DNA of 64,000 bases, taken from assembly GCA_040752695.1 (NCBI GenBank), contig JBFMGO010000015.1, positions 1 to 64,000 of the forward strand, given 5' to 3'. The translations under genes and the position numbers were made by a program. Position 1 is the stretch's first letter, and each line of letters opens with the position of its first letter. The stretch is from a bacterium. Lineage in GTDB: Bacteria; SZUA-182; DTGQ01. The notes under the pieces were generated by a model. That model ran no database searches, was not told where the DNA came from, and worked only from the letters and a program-made list of their open reading frames with translations. This document shows positions 9,472 to 23,979 of this stretch, one piece after another.

Positions 9472-11269
9472 ATGAATAGCACGGTCATGCTGGCCCTGGG
9501 AGATGATTCTTGGCGCGTAACTTTGAAGTCTGCCCTTCAGGAAATGGATCTCGATGTTCGGGAAGTGAGTCAGGGCCCCCAGGCTATCAAGGATGCGGCT
9601 GTTTTGAAGCCGGCTCTGGTGATTATTGACGATACCTTGCCTTATCTCAGCGGATATCAGTTTTGCAGGTTGCTCAAGTTTGGGCTTCACCTGGACATAC
9701 CGCTGGTTATGATTCTTTCTTCAGAGCAGAAAATGGATCAGTTCTGGGGTAATACGTGTGGGGCGGACTATTGCCTGTCCAAACCCGTCAACCTCAAGGA
9801 ATTAAAAAGAATTGTTCAGGAAGCCTTGAAGTGCAGGAAAGCCCGGCGATCATTTTTTCAGCCACCTCTCATTATCGGACGGAGCATGAGTGATCTGGAC
9901 ATCCTGAAAATGGCCAATGATCTTTTAGATCGGCATCTGTTCCAGGAGAAAGTGATCAATGAGCTGAAATCGATGAGTCGGCAGGTTGACTCTATCCGGG
10001 ATCTGGTCTCGGCCATGATGCCTGTTCTCAATTCCCTCTTTCCCTTTCGAAGCTCTGTGGTCTTTTTGTATCATGAGGCCAGGGCCAGCCTTCTTGTCTC
10101 GATAATGGAAGAGGTTGGGCAGGAGAGGATCGACTCTTTGTATACCTATCTTTTGGCTCATCTCAGCAAAAACGAGGGGCTGGATTTATCTCTGGATGAC
10201 ATTCCCGTCACCCTCGTGGGGCCGGTTTTAGCTGACCCCGAGGCGCAATTAGAGGATCTGGAAAAGAGCGCTGTTTCCATTTTTTTGGGCAAAGGTCTTC
10301 AGAGCGCTCTGTGTTGCGTGGCCTTTGACGGCCTTAATATTGAAACCTTTCCTGAAGAGGAAGTTCAGATCTTTCATCTCATCCTTCAGCAGATCCTTGA
10401 GACTATCGAAGAGAAGATCGTCTTTGAGAAATCCATTCCTTTTTCCATTATCGATACTGTGAGCCACGAGGTTAACCGCTCCTTCTTTCTGAAAATCCTG
10501 GCCCAGAACATGGAGCAGTCCAGAAGATATCAAATCCCTCTGGCTCTGGTCGGTCTGGAACTGGGAAATTATTCGTACGTAGTCAAGCCATTGGACAAAA
10601 AGGCGGAGTTTCATTTCCGCCAGAACATTACAACAACTCTTCTCAATGCTGTCCGAAAAATGGATGTAGTGGCCAGGATCAGTGAGAACAGGTTCATTCT
10701 CATCCTTTTCAAGGCCAATGCCGAACAGGCCAGGACCGTTTATCAGCGGGTGAGGACCATTCTGGAGGATCTGTCCCCACCGGATCTGCCGCTCCGGATT
10801 CAAGGCGGATTTTGGCCCTACGTTGCTTCACTTGGGCTGGAGGCTGAAGATTTTCTCCTGATAGCCTGCTCCAGGATTTTTCAGCAGGAGTCCGGAAAAT
10901 CTGCCAATACCAGGTCAGATACAGAGCACGAGTCGTCCGGTATACCTACGGACGATACATACCGCACACTAACAGTGGGTGAGTCGTCCGGTATACATAC
11001 GGGCGAATCCCGGGGGCTTAAAGAGGATGAATCCTCTGGTGAACAGGCACAAGACATATGCCGCACCCTAGCAGAGGCCGCATCGGCCAGGGCACATACG
11101 GGCGAATCCCGGATGCTTAGGGAGGACGAATCGGCTGGTGAACAGGCACAAGACATATGCCGCCCCCTAACAGTGGGTGAGTCGTCCGGTATACCTGCGG
11201 GTGATACATACCGCACACGTTCCATTTCTGATGAGGATGAAGTGGAAGTGACCGGCGGTGAGGCCGAAC

Positions 11270-11283
<14 letters not shown>
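9472..11283 (+). CDS. Response regulator receiver plus degenerate GGDEF-like domain, with repetitive acidic tail
   Basis: Receiver motifs LVIIDD.LP..SG..FCR and GAD.CLSKP; GGDEF position reads RISENRF; GGAGG RBS before ATG 9472. Confidence 0.75.
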
Positions 11284-13999
<2,716 letters not shown>

Positions 14000-14011
14000 A
14001 GGAGAGACATC

Positions 14012-14335
14012 GTGGACCGGCAAAAGGCGTTACCTGGAAAGAAACCGTATCTTCTGGACCTTTTTCATACCGATCAGCCTGAGTCAAAAAGCACTCCTGG
14101 CTTAAAAGGCATTCCTGGATCGAAAGGCATCACCGGATCGAAAGGCAAACCTGAAAAGGATCCATTTCCCATCAAACGGGATAAATCCATGCATGCGGAC
14201 AACGAGCCCCCGTCTTTACGTCTGAGTGCTTTCAGAAAGGAAGTCCAGACTGAAAAGATAGATTTTGTTACCTATACCGAAGAAATCAGCTTTGAAAATT
14301 TTTGCAGGTACAGGCCGGATAAAGAAAATCGCTAA
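14012..14335 (+). CDS. Hypothetical protein
   Basis: AGGAG RBS and GTG start directly after the ATPase gene; short KGIxGS repeats. Confidence 0.35.
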   Translation: MDRQKALPGKKPYLLDLFHTDQPESKSTPGLKGIPGSKGITGSKGKPEKDPFPIKRDKSMHADNEPPSLRLSAFRKEVQTEKIDFVTYTEEISFENFCRYRPDKENR

Positions 14336-14521
14336 GACAGCCGCATCATCGTTTCCGTTCTCTCTGAGAACACCTGATTAACCTTAAGAATACCCGGTTG
14401 ACTTTAAGAAAATCCAATTAACCTTTGCTGTTTTGAAAAACCTGAAGCTGTTTTGAAAAATCCGAAGCAGGTATAAAAAACCTGAATATGAAACCCTGGA
14501 TTGGTACAGGAGTAAACACAT

Positions 14522-14860
14522 ATGGAAGGGGTACCCGAAAGCAGCAGCGTGGTTGAAGAGATATTGGGAGTGGAAAAAAATGCTGGCAGGGCTTTGGAAG
14601 AGGCCAAAGAAAAAGCAATCCAGATGATTCTTCAGGCGAAAAGTGCCTCGCGCAGGCAGATCGACAAAACCAGAGAGGATCTGCAAAAAAAGCGAGAGAC
14701 TCTGGAGCACAGGCTCCACGCAGAAGGAGAGGCGGAGGTGACCCGGATTATCATCGAGAAAGAGCAGGCTATTCAACGAATCAAAGAAAAAGCCGATCAG
14801 CGGCGTGAACTGGTAATGAAAGAGCTTCGAGAGATACTATTTGGTGATCTGGAATGTTGA
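14522..14860 (+). CDS. V/A-type ATP synthase peripheral stalk subunit G/H
   Basis: Charged helical protein (E.A...LEEAKEKA) at the head of the operon; AGGAG RBS. Confidence 0.7.
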   Translation: MEGVPESSSVVEEILGVEKNAGRALEEAKEKAIQMILQAKSASRRQIDKTREDLQKKRETLEHRLHAEGEAEVTRIIIEKEQAIQRIKEKADQRRELVMKELREILFGDLEC

Positions 14861-15918
14861 AAGCGGCTATCCAATATGCCTACATCAATGCCAAAATCCG
14901 GGCATTGAAAAGCCGAATGCTGTGCGGGGCCGATTACGAAAACCTGCTCGGCGTCTCCGGTTACTGCGGTATGGCCGAGTGTCTCAAGACTACCTGGTAT
15001 GGTGCGGCCTTAAGCCAGTTCCCGGCCTCTTTCGACGGATTGATCCGGTTGTTCTATCAGGATCTGTTTGATTGCTATGGAAAGGTTATCCTCTCCCTGT
15101 CCGGGAACCGGAAATTGCTGATACAGCATCTGTACCAAAAATACGAGTTGGAAAATCTCAAAGCCATCCTGAGAATCATTTGTCAGGCCAAGCCAAAGGA
15201 GAGCATGGAGCAGCTTCTGCTCCCGACAGGTGAGCGTCAGAGCTTTTCTCCCCAGGCATTACTCCAGGCGGGGAGTCTGGAGGAAGTCCTCCTCAAGTTG
15301 AAGGGAACCGGTTACTACAGGCCGCTGAAGAACGCATTCCACCGATTCGAGGAAGAGAAGGAAACCTTCCCCCTGGAAATGGCACTGGACTTGAGTTATT
15401 ACAGCCACTTGTGGAAAATCGTCTCCTCCCTTGGCCGTCGGGATCAAAAGATTGTCAAAAGTATTCTTGGTGTTCAGATGGATGTCTTGAATATCACCTG
15501 GATTTTTCGATTCAAGGAAATATATCACTTTTCACCGGAGGAGATCCTCAATTATGGGCTGACACAAGGGCGCTACATCTCGTCCGAGCTTCGGAAAAAG
15601 ATGGCCTACTCGGTTGATCGAAAAGATGCGGTGGCTCATCTGACAGGGACGCCTTATAAAGCTTTACTGACCGATCCCGCGTCAGCGACCGTCGAGGATA
15701 ATCCCGAGGCATGCTCAATTCAGCTATGGCGCTACCTTTTGGCAGTAATTAAAAAGAACTGGCAGGGATTTCCCTTCCACATAGGCATAATCCTGGATTA
15801 TGTACTCTTCAGAGAGATCGAAGTCAAGGATCTTGTCAGTATCACTGAAGCAAAACGCATGAACCTTTCTCGTGAGCTGGTGAGTAAATACCTGATCCAA
15901 ACGGTGCCTTATGATTAA
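14854..15918 (+). CDS. atpC: V/A-type ATP synthase subunit C (AC39 family)
   Basis: YAYINAKIRALKSRML; ELENLK.ILR; E.ALD..YY; operon context. Confidence 0.85.
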   Translation: MLKAAIQYAYINAKIRALKSRMLCGADYENLLGVSGYCGMAECLKTTWYGAALSQFPASFDGLIRLFYQDLFDCYGKVILSLSGNRKLLIQHLYQKYELENLKAILRIICQAKPKESMEQLLLPTGERQSFSPQALLQAGSLEEVLLKLKGTGYYRPLKNAFHRFEEEKETFPLEMALDLSYYSHLWKIVSSLGRRDQKIVKSILGVQMDVLNITWIFRFKEIYHFSPEEILNYGLTQGRYISSELRKKMAYSVDRKDAVAHLTGTPYKALLTDPASATVEDNPEACSIQLWRYLLAVIKKNWQGFPFHIGIILDYVLFREIEVKDLVSITEAKRMNLSRELVSKYLIQTVPYD

Positions 15919-16135
15919 GGAATCGATATGGTTAGAGAATCGATGAACCTATTTGCTCAAACACCTGCTCCCCCCTTTGCTCAATACCTGCTCCTCTCCC
16001 TTTCTCAAGGGGAATAGGGGGATTTTGGGATAAGTTCATGAGAGAACCGAACCCAGGAAATGAAGCCGGAAAAGTATGGCCGCAGATAAAGCGGATTGCT
16101 CATAATTATAAGACAATACACCTAAGGCATTAGAT

Positions 16136-16167
16136 TTCGTCATTCCCGCGAAGGGGGGAATGACGAA
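16136..16167. repeat. Palindromic repeat with ATTCCC-N8-GGGAAT core
   Basis: ttcgtcattccc-gcgaaggg-gggaatgacgaa, 12-bp stem. Confidence 0.65.
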
Positions 16168-16411
16168 GAGCGGCTATGATGGCTACTATATGAGCGAAGC
16201 GGATTCAGATGACACGGATGTTGATGGCAAGGATGCAGATGGAAAGAACAGAGATGATATAAATGTAGATGGCACTGGCATAGATGAAGAAGATGTTGAT
16301 GATGCGAAGACAGATAACACGGATGTTGATGATACGAATGTAGATAACTCGAATGCAGATGATACGAATGCAGATAACACGGATGTTGATGAAATGGAAT
16401 CGGAGAGCTGA
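16160..16411 (+). other. Asp-rich low-complexity ORF or degenerate 15-bp tandem repeat inside the ATP synthase operon
   Basis: DDTDV/DNTDV/DDTNA pentapeptide repeats; ends 5 nt before subunit I. Confidence 0.4.
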
Positions 16412-16416
16412 ATAAT

Positions 16417-18534
16417 ATGTTTAGACCTGCTAAAATGGCGAAAATCGATCTACAGGTTCCCCAGGACCATGTTGCCAAAACAACCCACATCGTTGCCAAT
16501 CTCGAGGTACTGCACCTGATGAATGTCCGGAAAACCCGGATGGGAGAGCTGGAATCACACGCAGACAGTAATCTGCTGCATAAGTATACGGCTCTGAAAA
16601 GGCGGCTTGAGAAAATTTTCCCCGTGCTGAAAATTGATCAGGGCAATACCGGCAGCGCTTCATCCTCGTCTTCATCAATGAATTCAGATAACTCATCACT
16701 GAATTCAGCCATGGAGATAATTCCCGATGAAGAATTGAATCCCCACAAAGATATCCTCAGGATCGATCAGGAGGTTCAGCGCCTGGAAGAGATAATTTCC
16801 GGTTTAGCCAGAGAAGCGGAAAACATCGAGAAGACCAGGAAAGAAAAAGAACAACTCCTGAGGCAATTGGAAATCCTTTCCACTACAGGGATAGACATCA
16901 ACCGGTTCCATGAGTGCCGGTTTCTGTATGCAGAAGCAGGATTGATACCCATGGAGAACCTGGGGCGGCTGGAGTTCAGCTTGTCAAACGTCTATCACCT
17001 GATTGTCCCCTCCATCTGTTTTGATAAGCAGCGCCTGATCTTCGTTTTTGGTTCGCGCAAGGACCGGCATAACATCGAAAAGGCATTGAAGAGTGCTTAT
17101 TTTGAAAGAATGGAGGTGCTCAGGCTCAACCCGGATCACAACAGCCACAGCGCAGGTTTTAAAAGCACCCGCAGCACAGATTTTAAAGGCCCCCACAGTG
17201 CAAACCTCTGCACTGACAGCAGTGATAACCTGGATGATGTGGGCAGACAGATCCGGGAATTGGATGCGGAAAAAGCCCTGATCCAGGACAGACTGGAAGC
17301 AGTGAAAAAACAATCAACCGGCCAAATGCGGCAATTGATGCGAAAGATCATTTTAGCCATTACTGTTTTGGAGATTGAAAAATCCTATGACCAGGTTGAC
17401 CATATCTATCACATTTCCGGATGGGTCCCGTTGAACGTGTTTCCCTCTCTGGAGAAAAAGATCGCGGAAGCAACCGGTCATCAGGTAATAATTACCGTCG
17501 CATCTCCAAATGATATATGCCAGGCAGGTGATTTTTTTAAAATTCCCACCTGCTTTCAGAATCCATTCCTGTTGAAGCCATTTGAAAAACTGGTTGCCGG
17601 ATATGGCATTCCCTCCTACGGGGAGGTAGAGCCGACCTTTTTCTTCGCGCTGATATTCCTGCTCATGTTTGGCGTCATGTTCGGTGATGTGGGCCAGGGG
17701 ATCGTCCTGTTTCTTCTGGGTTTTTTAGCCTTCAAGCAGTCCGGCAGGGAGAATATACAGGACATGGGCCTGATTGTCATGGAATGCGGAATTATGTCCA
17801 CTGCTTTCGGCTTCCTCTACGGCTCCGTATTCGGCTTCGAGCATCTTATCCCTGCTCTCTGGTTCAATCCTATGAAAAATATCTCTTACTTCATGGAAGT
17901 GACCATAGGCTTTGGTATGGCTATTATCAGTATCGGGCTGGTCTTAAACATTATCAACTCCATCAGGAACAGAGATTACAAAGGGGGAATCTTCGGCGAA
18001 TTCGGTATTATGGGCCTTGTGTTTTATTGGGGATGCATCGGCCTGGTTCTCTCCTGCCTGGCCACGGGAAAAGTACCCATTCATTTTGGTCACTTGCCGC
18101 TGATCCTGTGTCTTCCCCTTTTGGCCATATTTCTGAAAGAACCCTTATTCAACCTGTACGGCAGGCTGATGCTCAAGAAAAATCAGCCGATCATCCCTGA
18201 AAAACCGGGCATCTACTTCATGGAGTCGCTGATTGAAGTAGGAGACACGATCATTGCCTTCCTTTCTCATACGGTCTCCTTTATCCGCGTATCCGCATTT
18301 GCCCTGGCCCATGCCGGCTTGTTTCTGGCAGTTTTTACTCTGGCCAGAACCCTGCAAAATCATACAGGCGGGGTTGTGTGGTACTGGCTCACCATGGTCC
18401 TGGGAAACATCGGAATTATCACCGTAGAGGGGCTTGTTGTCTCTATTCAGACCATCCGCCTGGAGTACTACGAGTTCTTCACTAAATTTTTCCATGGAGG
18501 AGGGGAGATATACAGCCCGCTCAGGGGGATTTAG
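16417..18534 (+). CDS. atpI: V/A-type ATP synthase subunit I (a)
   Basis: MFRP.KM; GWVP; P.YGEVEPT; MFGDVGQG; S..RV.AFALAH; RLEYYEFF.KF. Confidence 0.95.
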   Translation: MFRPAKMAKIDLQVPQDHVAKTTHIVANLEVLHLMNVRKTRMGELESHADSNLLHKYTALKRRLEKIFPVLKIDQGNTGSASSSSSSMNSDNSSLNSAMEIIPDEELNPHKDILRIDQEVQRLEEIISGLAREAENIEKTRKEKEQLLRQLEILSTTGIDINRFHECRFLYAEAGLIPMENLGRLEFSLSNVYHLIVPSICFDKQRLIFVFGSRKDRHNIEKALKSAYFERMEVLRLNPDHNSHSAGFKSTRSTDFKGPHSANLCTDSSDNLDDVGRQIRELDAEKALIQDRLEAVKKQSTGQMRQLMRKIILAITVLEIEKSYDQVDHIYHISGWVPLNVFPSLEKKIAEATGHQVIITVASPNDICQAGDFFKIPTCFQNPFLLKPFEKLVAGYGIPSYGEVEPTFFFALIFLLMFGVMFGDVGQGIVLFLLGFLAFKQSGRENIQDMGLIVMECGIMSTAFGFLYGSVFGFEHLIPALWFNPMKNISYFMEVTIGFGMAIISIGLVLNIINSIRNRDYKGGIFGEFGIMGLVFYWGCIGLVLSCLATGKVPIHFGHLPLILCLPLLAIFLKEPLFNLYGRLMLKKNQPIIPEKPGIYFMESLIEVGDTIIAFLSHTVSFIRVSAFALAHAGLFLAVFTLARTLQNHTGGVVWYWLTMVLGNIGIITVEGLVVSIQTIRLEYYEFFTKFFHGGGEIYSPLRGI

Positions 18535-18643
18535 AATCAGAGTGGTCAGGTCAGAGTGACTCGAAGTCGAGGGATGTGAGGTAAGGGGAATTTGAAATCA
18601 AGGAGATTTTAAGACAATTCATTCTAGGGAAAGGAGCTGATGA

Positions 18644-19015
<372 letters not shown>

Positions 19016-19019
19016 GGCG

Positions 19020-19328
19020 ATGAAATTTTTTCTGGTTGGGGACAAAGAGACGGTCCTGGGCTTTTCTCTGGCCGGGGTAGAAGGGGTGGCAGCAGAGACG
19101 GACTCAGAAATTCTGAGCGCCCTTCGCAAGGCGGCCCGGCGCAGTGACATAGGCATTTGTCTGATCACGGAGAAACTGGCCGAGCGGGTGAGGCCGTTCC
19201 TGGACAAGATGCTGCTTCGCAAAAAAGGCGGGACACTGATTCTGGAGATTCCGGATCGCCTCGGCCCTTTGCCGCAAAGACGGTCGGTTGAGGATTTCGC
19301 CCTCTCGGCCCTGGGAATCAAGGTCTGA
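19020..19328 (+). CDS. atpF: V/A-type ATP synthase subunit F
   Basis: VGD.ETVLGFSLAGV; EIP...G; ALGIK end. Confidence 0.92.
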   Translation: MKFFLVGDKETVLGFSLAGVEGVAAETDSEILSALRKAARRSDIGICLITEKLAERVRPFLDKMLLRKKGGTLILEIPDRLGPLPQRRSVEDFALSALGIKV

Positions 19329-19511
19329 TGCAAGGTCTGATGCGGGGGGGGTATTGACAGGCAGAGGATCGGCAGAGGAAACGGTGTAACAGGATCGGCA
19401 GAGGATATGGTGTAACAGGGTCGGTCAGCGGAGGAAACATTGGTTTGGGTATCGTCAAGATGTGGATAATTCGGTAAGGGCACACACAACTTCGGTATTC
19501 GGTAAGGGTAG

Positions 19512-20159
19512 GTGATTATGTTAAGCAATAATGGAGAAATACTAGCCAGGGTAATCATGGGCGATGCGTTTCAGGAGGCTGAGGCGATTTTAGAGAAAGC
19601 GGAAAAGGAGGCGGTCTCCATTCGCCAGGAATCGGTGCGGATGCAGGCAGAGATGAGGCGTCAGGCCGAGAGTGATCAGAATCAGTTGGACATATTCCTG
19701 GCCAAGGCCAAGATGATATCTCAGGCAGAGTTGCAGGCGAGGATGGAGCTCATTGATCAGAAGGAGGAGATTTTGCAGGGGGTACTGGATACTTTGCGGA
19801 AGGAGTTTTTCTCTTTGCCCGGCCATCCTGACTATCCTTCCATATTGATGCGGCTGACACTTCAGGGGCTGGCGTGGCTGGAGGGGGATGATTTCATCTG
19901 CCAGGTCAACAGCCGGGACCGCGTCTGGTTCACTGCTCCAGTGCTTGAGAGCATGAGTGCGGAGAGCAGGAAGAAGCTCTCTTTGGACGAGCAGGTGATT
20001 GATATTGAGGGCGGGGTAGTAATTGTCCGCCGTGATGGCAGGCTTTTGTATGATAATTCCCTTGGTGCCATTTTCCAGCGCAAGGAGGAGGCCATGCGCT
20101 CTGCTGCTGCCAGGCAGTTTTTCAGGGATGAAGAGTCAGGGATGAAGAGTCAGGGATGA
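19512..20159 (+). CDS. atpE: V/A-type ATP synthase subunit E
   Basis: N-terminal coiled coil; IEGGV......DNS motif; operon position. Confidence 0.85.
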   Translation: MIMLSNNGEILARVIMGDAFQEAEAILEKAEKEAVSIRQESVRMQAEMRRQAESDQNQLDIFLAKAKMISQAELQARMELIDQKEEILQGVLDTLRKEFFSLPGHPDYPSILMRLTLQGLAWLEGDDFICQVNSRDRVWFTAPVLESMSAESRKKLSLDEQVIDIEGGVVIVRRDGRLLYDNSLGAIFQRKEEAMRSAAARQFFRDEESGMKSQG

Positions 20160-20510
20160 AGGGCTTGATGCTGCACGGAGCAGGATGAAAGGCTTGATGC
20201 TGCACGGAGCAGGATGAAGGGCTTGATGCTGCACGGAGCAGGGGGGTGCTTGGGCGCATATAAGCGCACGGTGCTTGGGTGTACATAAGCGCATGGTGCT
20301 TGGGTGCACATAAGCGCATGGTGCTTGGGTGCACATAAGCGCACGGTGGCGGGCAGGGTACGATAAGAGCAGGAGGCAGAGGGCAGGGCTGGGCAAGGGC
20401 TTTAAGGTAAGGATAAAGGGCTGGGCAGGGCTTTAAGGTGAGGATAAAGGGCTGGGCAGGGCTTTAAGGTGAGGATAAAGAGCTGGGCAGGGCTTTAAGG
20501 TAAGGTAAAG
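20122..20510 (+). repeat. Compound tandem-repeat block (14-, 29-, 25- and 31-bp units, ~3-4 copies each)
   Basis: TCAGGGATGAAGAG; GGATGAAGGGCTTGATGCTGCACGGAGCA; GGTGCTTGGGTGCACATAAGCGCAT; GGGCTGGGCAGGGCTTTAAGGTGAGGATAAA; no spacers. Confidence 0.9.
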
Positions 20511-20561
20511 GTAAGGACAAAGGGGCAGGACTCACAAAAGGACGGAGAGGTGTGAATAGCG

Positions 20562-22346
20562 ATGTCGAAGTTGTCGAAGGTAGTAGGAGTAGTGGATTGG
20601 ATCAATGGGCCGGTGGTGAAGGCGGTTGAGATACATTCCGTAGAGATGATGGAGTTGGTGGAGATAGGCGAGGATCGGCTGATTGGGGAGATCATAGAGC
20701 TTGACGAGGACCGGGCCACCATACAGGTGTATGAGAGCACCACCGGGTTAAAGCCAGGATCTCAGGTATATGGCACGGGGATACCGCTTTCGGTGGAGTT
20801 GGGGCCTGGGTTGATAGGCAACATATATGACGGGATACAGCGGCCGTTGAAGAAGATCCACGAGCGGAGCGGAAATTTCATTGGCAAGGGGGTCAAGATA
20901 TCGCCTCTTGACCGGCAGAGAGTGTGGCCATTTGTGCCGGTAGCCAAAGAGGGCGAGTATGTGGGGCCTGGGAGCGTATTGGGGCTTGTGCGGGAGACTC
21001 CGCTGTTTGAGCACCGGGTGTTAGTGCCGCCGCAGGTAGAGGGCAGGGTAGAGTACATCAAGAGGGAGGGTGAGTATGGGATAGACGATGCGGTAGCCGG
21101 ACTTCGCACCCAGCAGGGAGTGATAGAGGTGAGCATGGTTCATCGCTGGCCGGTACGTCTGGCCAGGCCGTATTTACGCAGGCTGATGCCTGATGAGCCA
21201 CTGATTACGGGCCAGCGGGTCATCGACACCTTCTTTCCGATTGCCAAGGGGGGCACGGCCGGGATTCCGGGCGGGTTTGGCACGGGGAAAACCATCACCC
21301 AGCATCAGCTTTCCAAGTGGTGCGATGCGGACATAATCGTGTACATCGGCTGCGGTGAGCGGGGCAACGAGATGACGGGAGTATTGATGGATTTTCCCAA
21401 GCTGATGGATTTAAAGAGGGGTCGTCCCCTGCTCGAGCGGACCATTCTGATCGCCAACACCTCGGATATGCCCCTGGCGGCCAGGGAGGCCAGCATTTAT
21501 ACGGGCATCACCATTGCCGAGTATTTCAGGGACATGGGCTATGACGTAGCCCTCATGGCAGATTCGACATCGCGCTGGGCCGAGGCGCTGCGGGAGATAT
21601 CGGGCAGGCTCGAGGAGATGCCCGCAGAGGAAGGCTTCCCTGCCTACCTTGCCACGCGGCTTGCCAAGTTCTACGAGCGTGCGGGCAGGGTGCAGACCTT
21701 CGGCGAGCGGACCGGATCGGTCAGCGCCATTTGTGCGGTGTCGCCGCCGGGCGGTGACTTTTCCGAGCCCGTCACCCAGCACACCAAGCGCTTTGTGCGC
21801 TCTTTTTGGGGATTGAACAAGGAGTTGGCCAGCGCCCGCTACTTTCCTGCCATCCATTACATGGAAAGCTACAGCGAGTACCTGGACTTTATCCAGAGCT
21901 GGTGGACCAAGGAAGTGGACTCAAACTGGAAGACGCTCAGGGATGAGGCCATGCAGGTCTTGCAGCAGGACTACAAACTGCAGCGAATCGTCAAGCTGAT
22001 CGGCGAGGATGCCCTGCCCGATGCCCAGAGGCTGGTCCTTGAGGGCGCGCGCATACTCAAGAACGCCTTCCTGCAGCAAAGCGCCTTCGACGAGGTGGAT
22101 ATGTACGCCGTACCCCGCAAGCAGTTCCTGATGCTCAAGGCCATCATGCACTTTTATCACCGCGCCCGGGATGTGATCAAAGCCCATATTCCGATCCTGC
22201 GCATCATGCAGCTTCCGGTCATCAACGAGATCAACCGCATGAAGGAGAAAATACCAAACAATAAGTGCGAGCAGTTCGACCTTTTGCTGCAACAGATCGA
22301 TACCTGCATGGATGAGCTGGAAAAGGAGAGCATGGCTATCCTGTAA
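20562..22346 (+). CDS. atpA: V/A-type ATP synthase catalytic subunit A
   Basis: GGFGTGKT Walker [34 protein letters not shown]. Confidence 0.97.
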   Translation: MSKLSKVVGVVDWINGPVVKAVEIHSVEMMELVEIGEDRLIGEIIELDEDRATIQVYESTTGLKPGSQVYGTGIPLSVELGPGLIGNIYDGIQRPLKKIHERSGNFIGKGVKISPLDRQRVWPFVPVAKEGEYVGPGSVLGLVRETPLFEHRVLVPPQVEGRVEYIKREGEYGIDDAVAGLRTQQGVIEVSMVHRWPVRLARPYLRRLMPDEPLITGQRVIDTFFPIAKGGTAGIPGGFGTGKTITQHQLSKWCDADIIVYIGCGERGNEMTGVLMDFPKLMDLKRGRPLLERTILIANTSDMPLAAREASIYTGITIAEYFRDMGYDVALMADSTSRWAEALREISGRLEEMPAEEGFPAYLATRLAKFYERAGRVQTFGERTGSVSAICAVSPPGGDFSEPVTQHTKRFVRSFWGLNKELASARYFPAIHYMESYSEYLDFIQSWWTKEVDSNWKTLRDEAMQVLQQDYKLQRIVKLIGEDALPDAQRLVLEGARILKNAFLQQSAFDEVDMYAVPRKQFLMLKAIMHFYHRARDVIKAHIPILRIMQLPVINEINRMKEKIPNNKCEQFDLLLQQIDTCMDELEKESMAIL

Positions 22347-22470
22347 CCATGGCTATCCTGGAGGCATGGCTATCCTGGAGGCACGGCTATCCTGTAAACA
22401 AAAGAAGCGGTCAGCAGTAATAATGATAAGGATATATAGCGAGAAGAGCGAGAAGAGAGGAGCAGCAAAA

Positions 22471-23922
22471 ATGGCAGCGCCGAGTAGTGCTAGTGCAAAC
22501 AGTGTATTGGGAAAAGAGTATGTGGGGGTCTCGAAAGTGGCCGGGCCTCTATTATTCATCGAAGGGATCAGCGGCATAGGGTATGACGAGGTGGTGGAAA
22601 TACGCATGAAGAGCAATGAGCTGCGCCACGGACGGGTACTGATCACCAGCCGCTCCACAGCCCTGATCGAGGTATTTGAAGGTACCGGGGGTCTGACCAT
22701 TTCCACCACCAGAGTGCGGTTTCAGGGAAAGCCCCTGCAGATTCCGGTCTCAACGGACATGCTGGGCAGAGTGTTCAACGGGCTTGGCATCCCCATCGAC
22801 GGCGGGCCTTTGCCGATCTACCAGGAAAAACGCGACATCAACGGCGCCCCGATCAATCCGGTGGTCAGGGACTACCCCGAGGACTTCATCCAGACGGGCA
22901 TCTCCACCATAGACTGCATGAATACCCTGGTGCGGGGACAGAAGCTGCCGATTTTCTCGGGAAGCGGCCTGCCCCACAACGAATTGGCCGCCCAGATCGT
23001 GCGCCAGGCCAGCGTCTGCGGCCGGAGCGAGCGCTTTGTGGTGGTCTTCGCAGCCATGGGAGTCAAAAACGATGTGGCCCAGATGTTTCGAAAAAGCTTC
23101 GAGGAAAGCGGGGTGCTCTCGCGGGTGGTCATGTTCCTGAACCTGGCCAACGATCCTTCCATCGAGCGGCTGGTGGCACCGCGCTCGGCCCTGACCATAG
23201 CCGAGTACCTGGCCTTCGAGCAGGGCATGCACGTTCTGGTCATCCTCACCGATATGACCAATTACTGCGAGGCCCTGCGGGAGATCTCCACCTCCAAGGG
23301 CGAGGTGCCGAGCCGAAAAGGCTACCCCGGCTACCTGTACAGCGATCTGGCCTCGATCTACGAGCGCGCGGGCCGCATCATAGGATGCCCGGGCTCCATC
23401 ACCCAGATCCCCATCCTGACCATGCCCAATGACGATATCACTCACCCCATCCCCGATCTGACCGGATACATCACCGAAGGCCAGATCGTGCTCGACCGCG
23501 AACTGGCTAAAAAGAATATCTACCCCCCCATCAATGTGCTGCCCTGCCTGTCGCGGCTGATGAACGACGGCATCGGAGCGGCCAAAACCAGGGAGGACCA
23601 CGCCAATATCTCGAACCAGCTCTACGCAGCCTACTCCTATGTGAAAAAGGTGGAAACCCTGGCCTCGATCATCGGAGAGAGCGAACTGTCCGACCGCGAT
23701 AGACAGTACCTGGAGTTTGGCAGACAGTTCGAAGAAAATTTCGTGCGACAGGGCCAAAACGAGAACCGCTCCATCGTGAAGACCCTCGACCTGGCCTGGA
23801 AAACCGCCTCCTGCCTGCCCAAGGAAGAATTGATCAGGGTCTCGGAAGCCCAGATCCAAAAGTACTACCCCAAAAACGACACTCCCGACGACAGCCAGTG
23901 CAGCGAGGACGATACGGTATAA
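22471..23922 (+). CDS. atpB: V/A-type ATP synthase subunit B
   Basis: [57 protein letters not shown] favours ATG 22471. Confidence 0.97.
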   Translation: MAAPSSASANSVLGKEYVGVSKVAGPLLFIEGISGIGYDEVVEIRMKSNELRHGRVLITSRSTALIEVFEGTGGLTISTTRVRFQGKPLQIPVSTDMLGRVFNGLGIPIDGGPLPIYQEKRDINGAPINPVVRDYPEDFIQTGISTIDCMNTLVRGQKLPIFSGSGLPHNELAAQIVRQASVCGRSERFVVVFAAMGVKNDVAQMFRKSFEESGVLSRVVMFLNLANDPSIERLVAPRSALTIAEYLAFEQGMHVLVILTDMTNYCEALREISTSKGEVPSRKGYPGYLYSDLASIYERAGRIIGCPGSITQIPILTMPNDDITHPIPDLTGYITEGQIVLDRELAKKNIYPPINVLPCLSRLMNDGIGAAKTREDHANISNQLYAAYSYVKKVETLASIIGESELSDRDRQYLEFGRQFEENFVRQGQNENRSIVKTLDLAWKTASCLPKEELIRVSEAQIQKYYPKNDTPDDSQCSEDDTV

Positions 23923-23979
23923 CCAGATGATACAGGTTTGCGCTAAGAGGAACAGTCATGTTGTATAAGAGGAACAGCT

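Noticed and set aside
20122..20396. Minus-strand ORFs of 64-86 aa
   Set aside because: Translations of the tandem repeats with no coding signal
20122..20510. Possible CRISPR array (25-31 bp repeats)
   Set aside because: Units are head-to-tail with no unique spacers, the unit changes four times, and there are no cas genes in the window
22312..22470. N-terminal extension of subunit B in the ORF track
   Set aside because: Runs through the duplicated atpA end; the RBS and family-like sequence start at 22471
22750..23859. 369-aa antisense ORF (also 58638-59669, 24001-24666 and similar)
   Set aside because: Shadow frames opposite well-conserved genes
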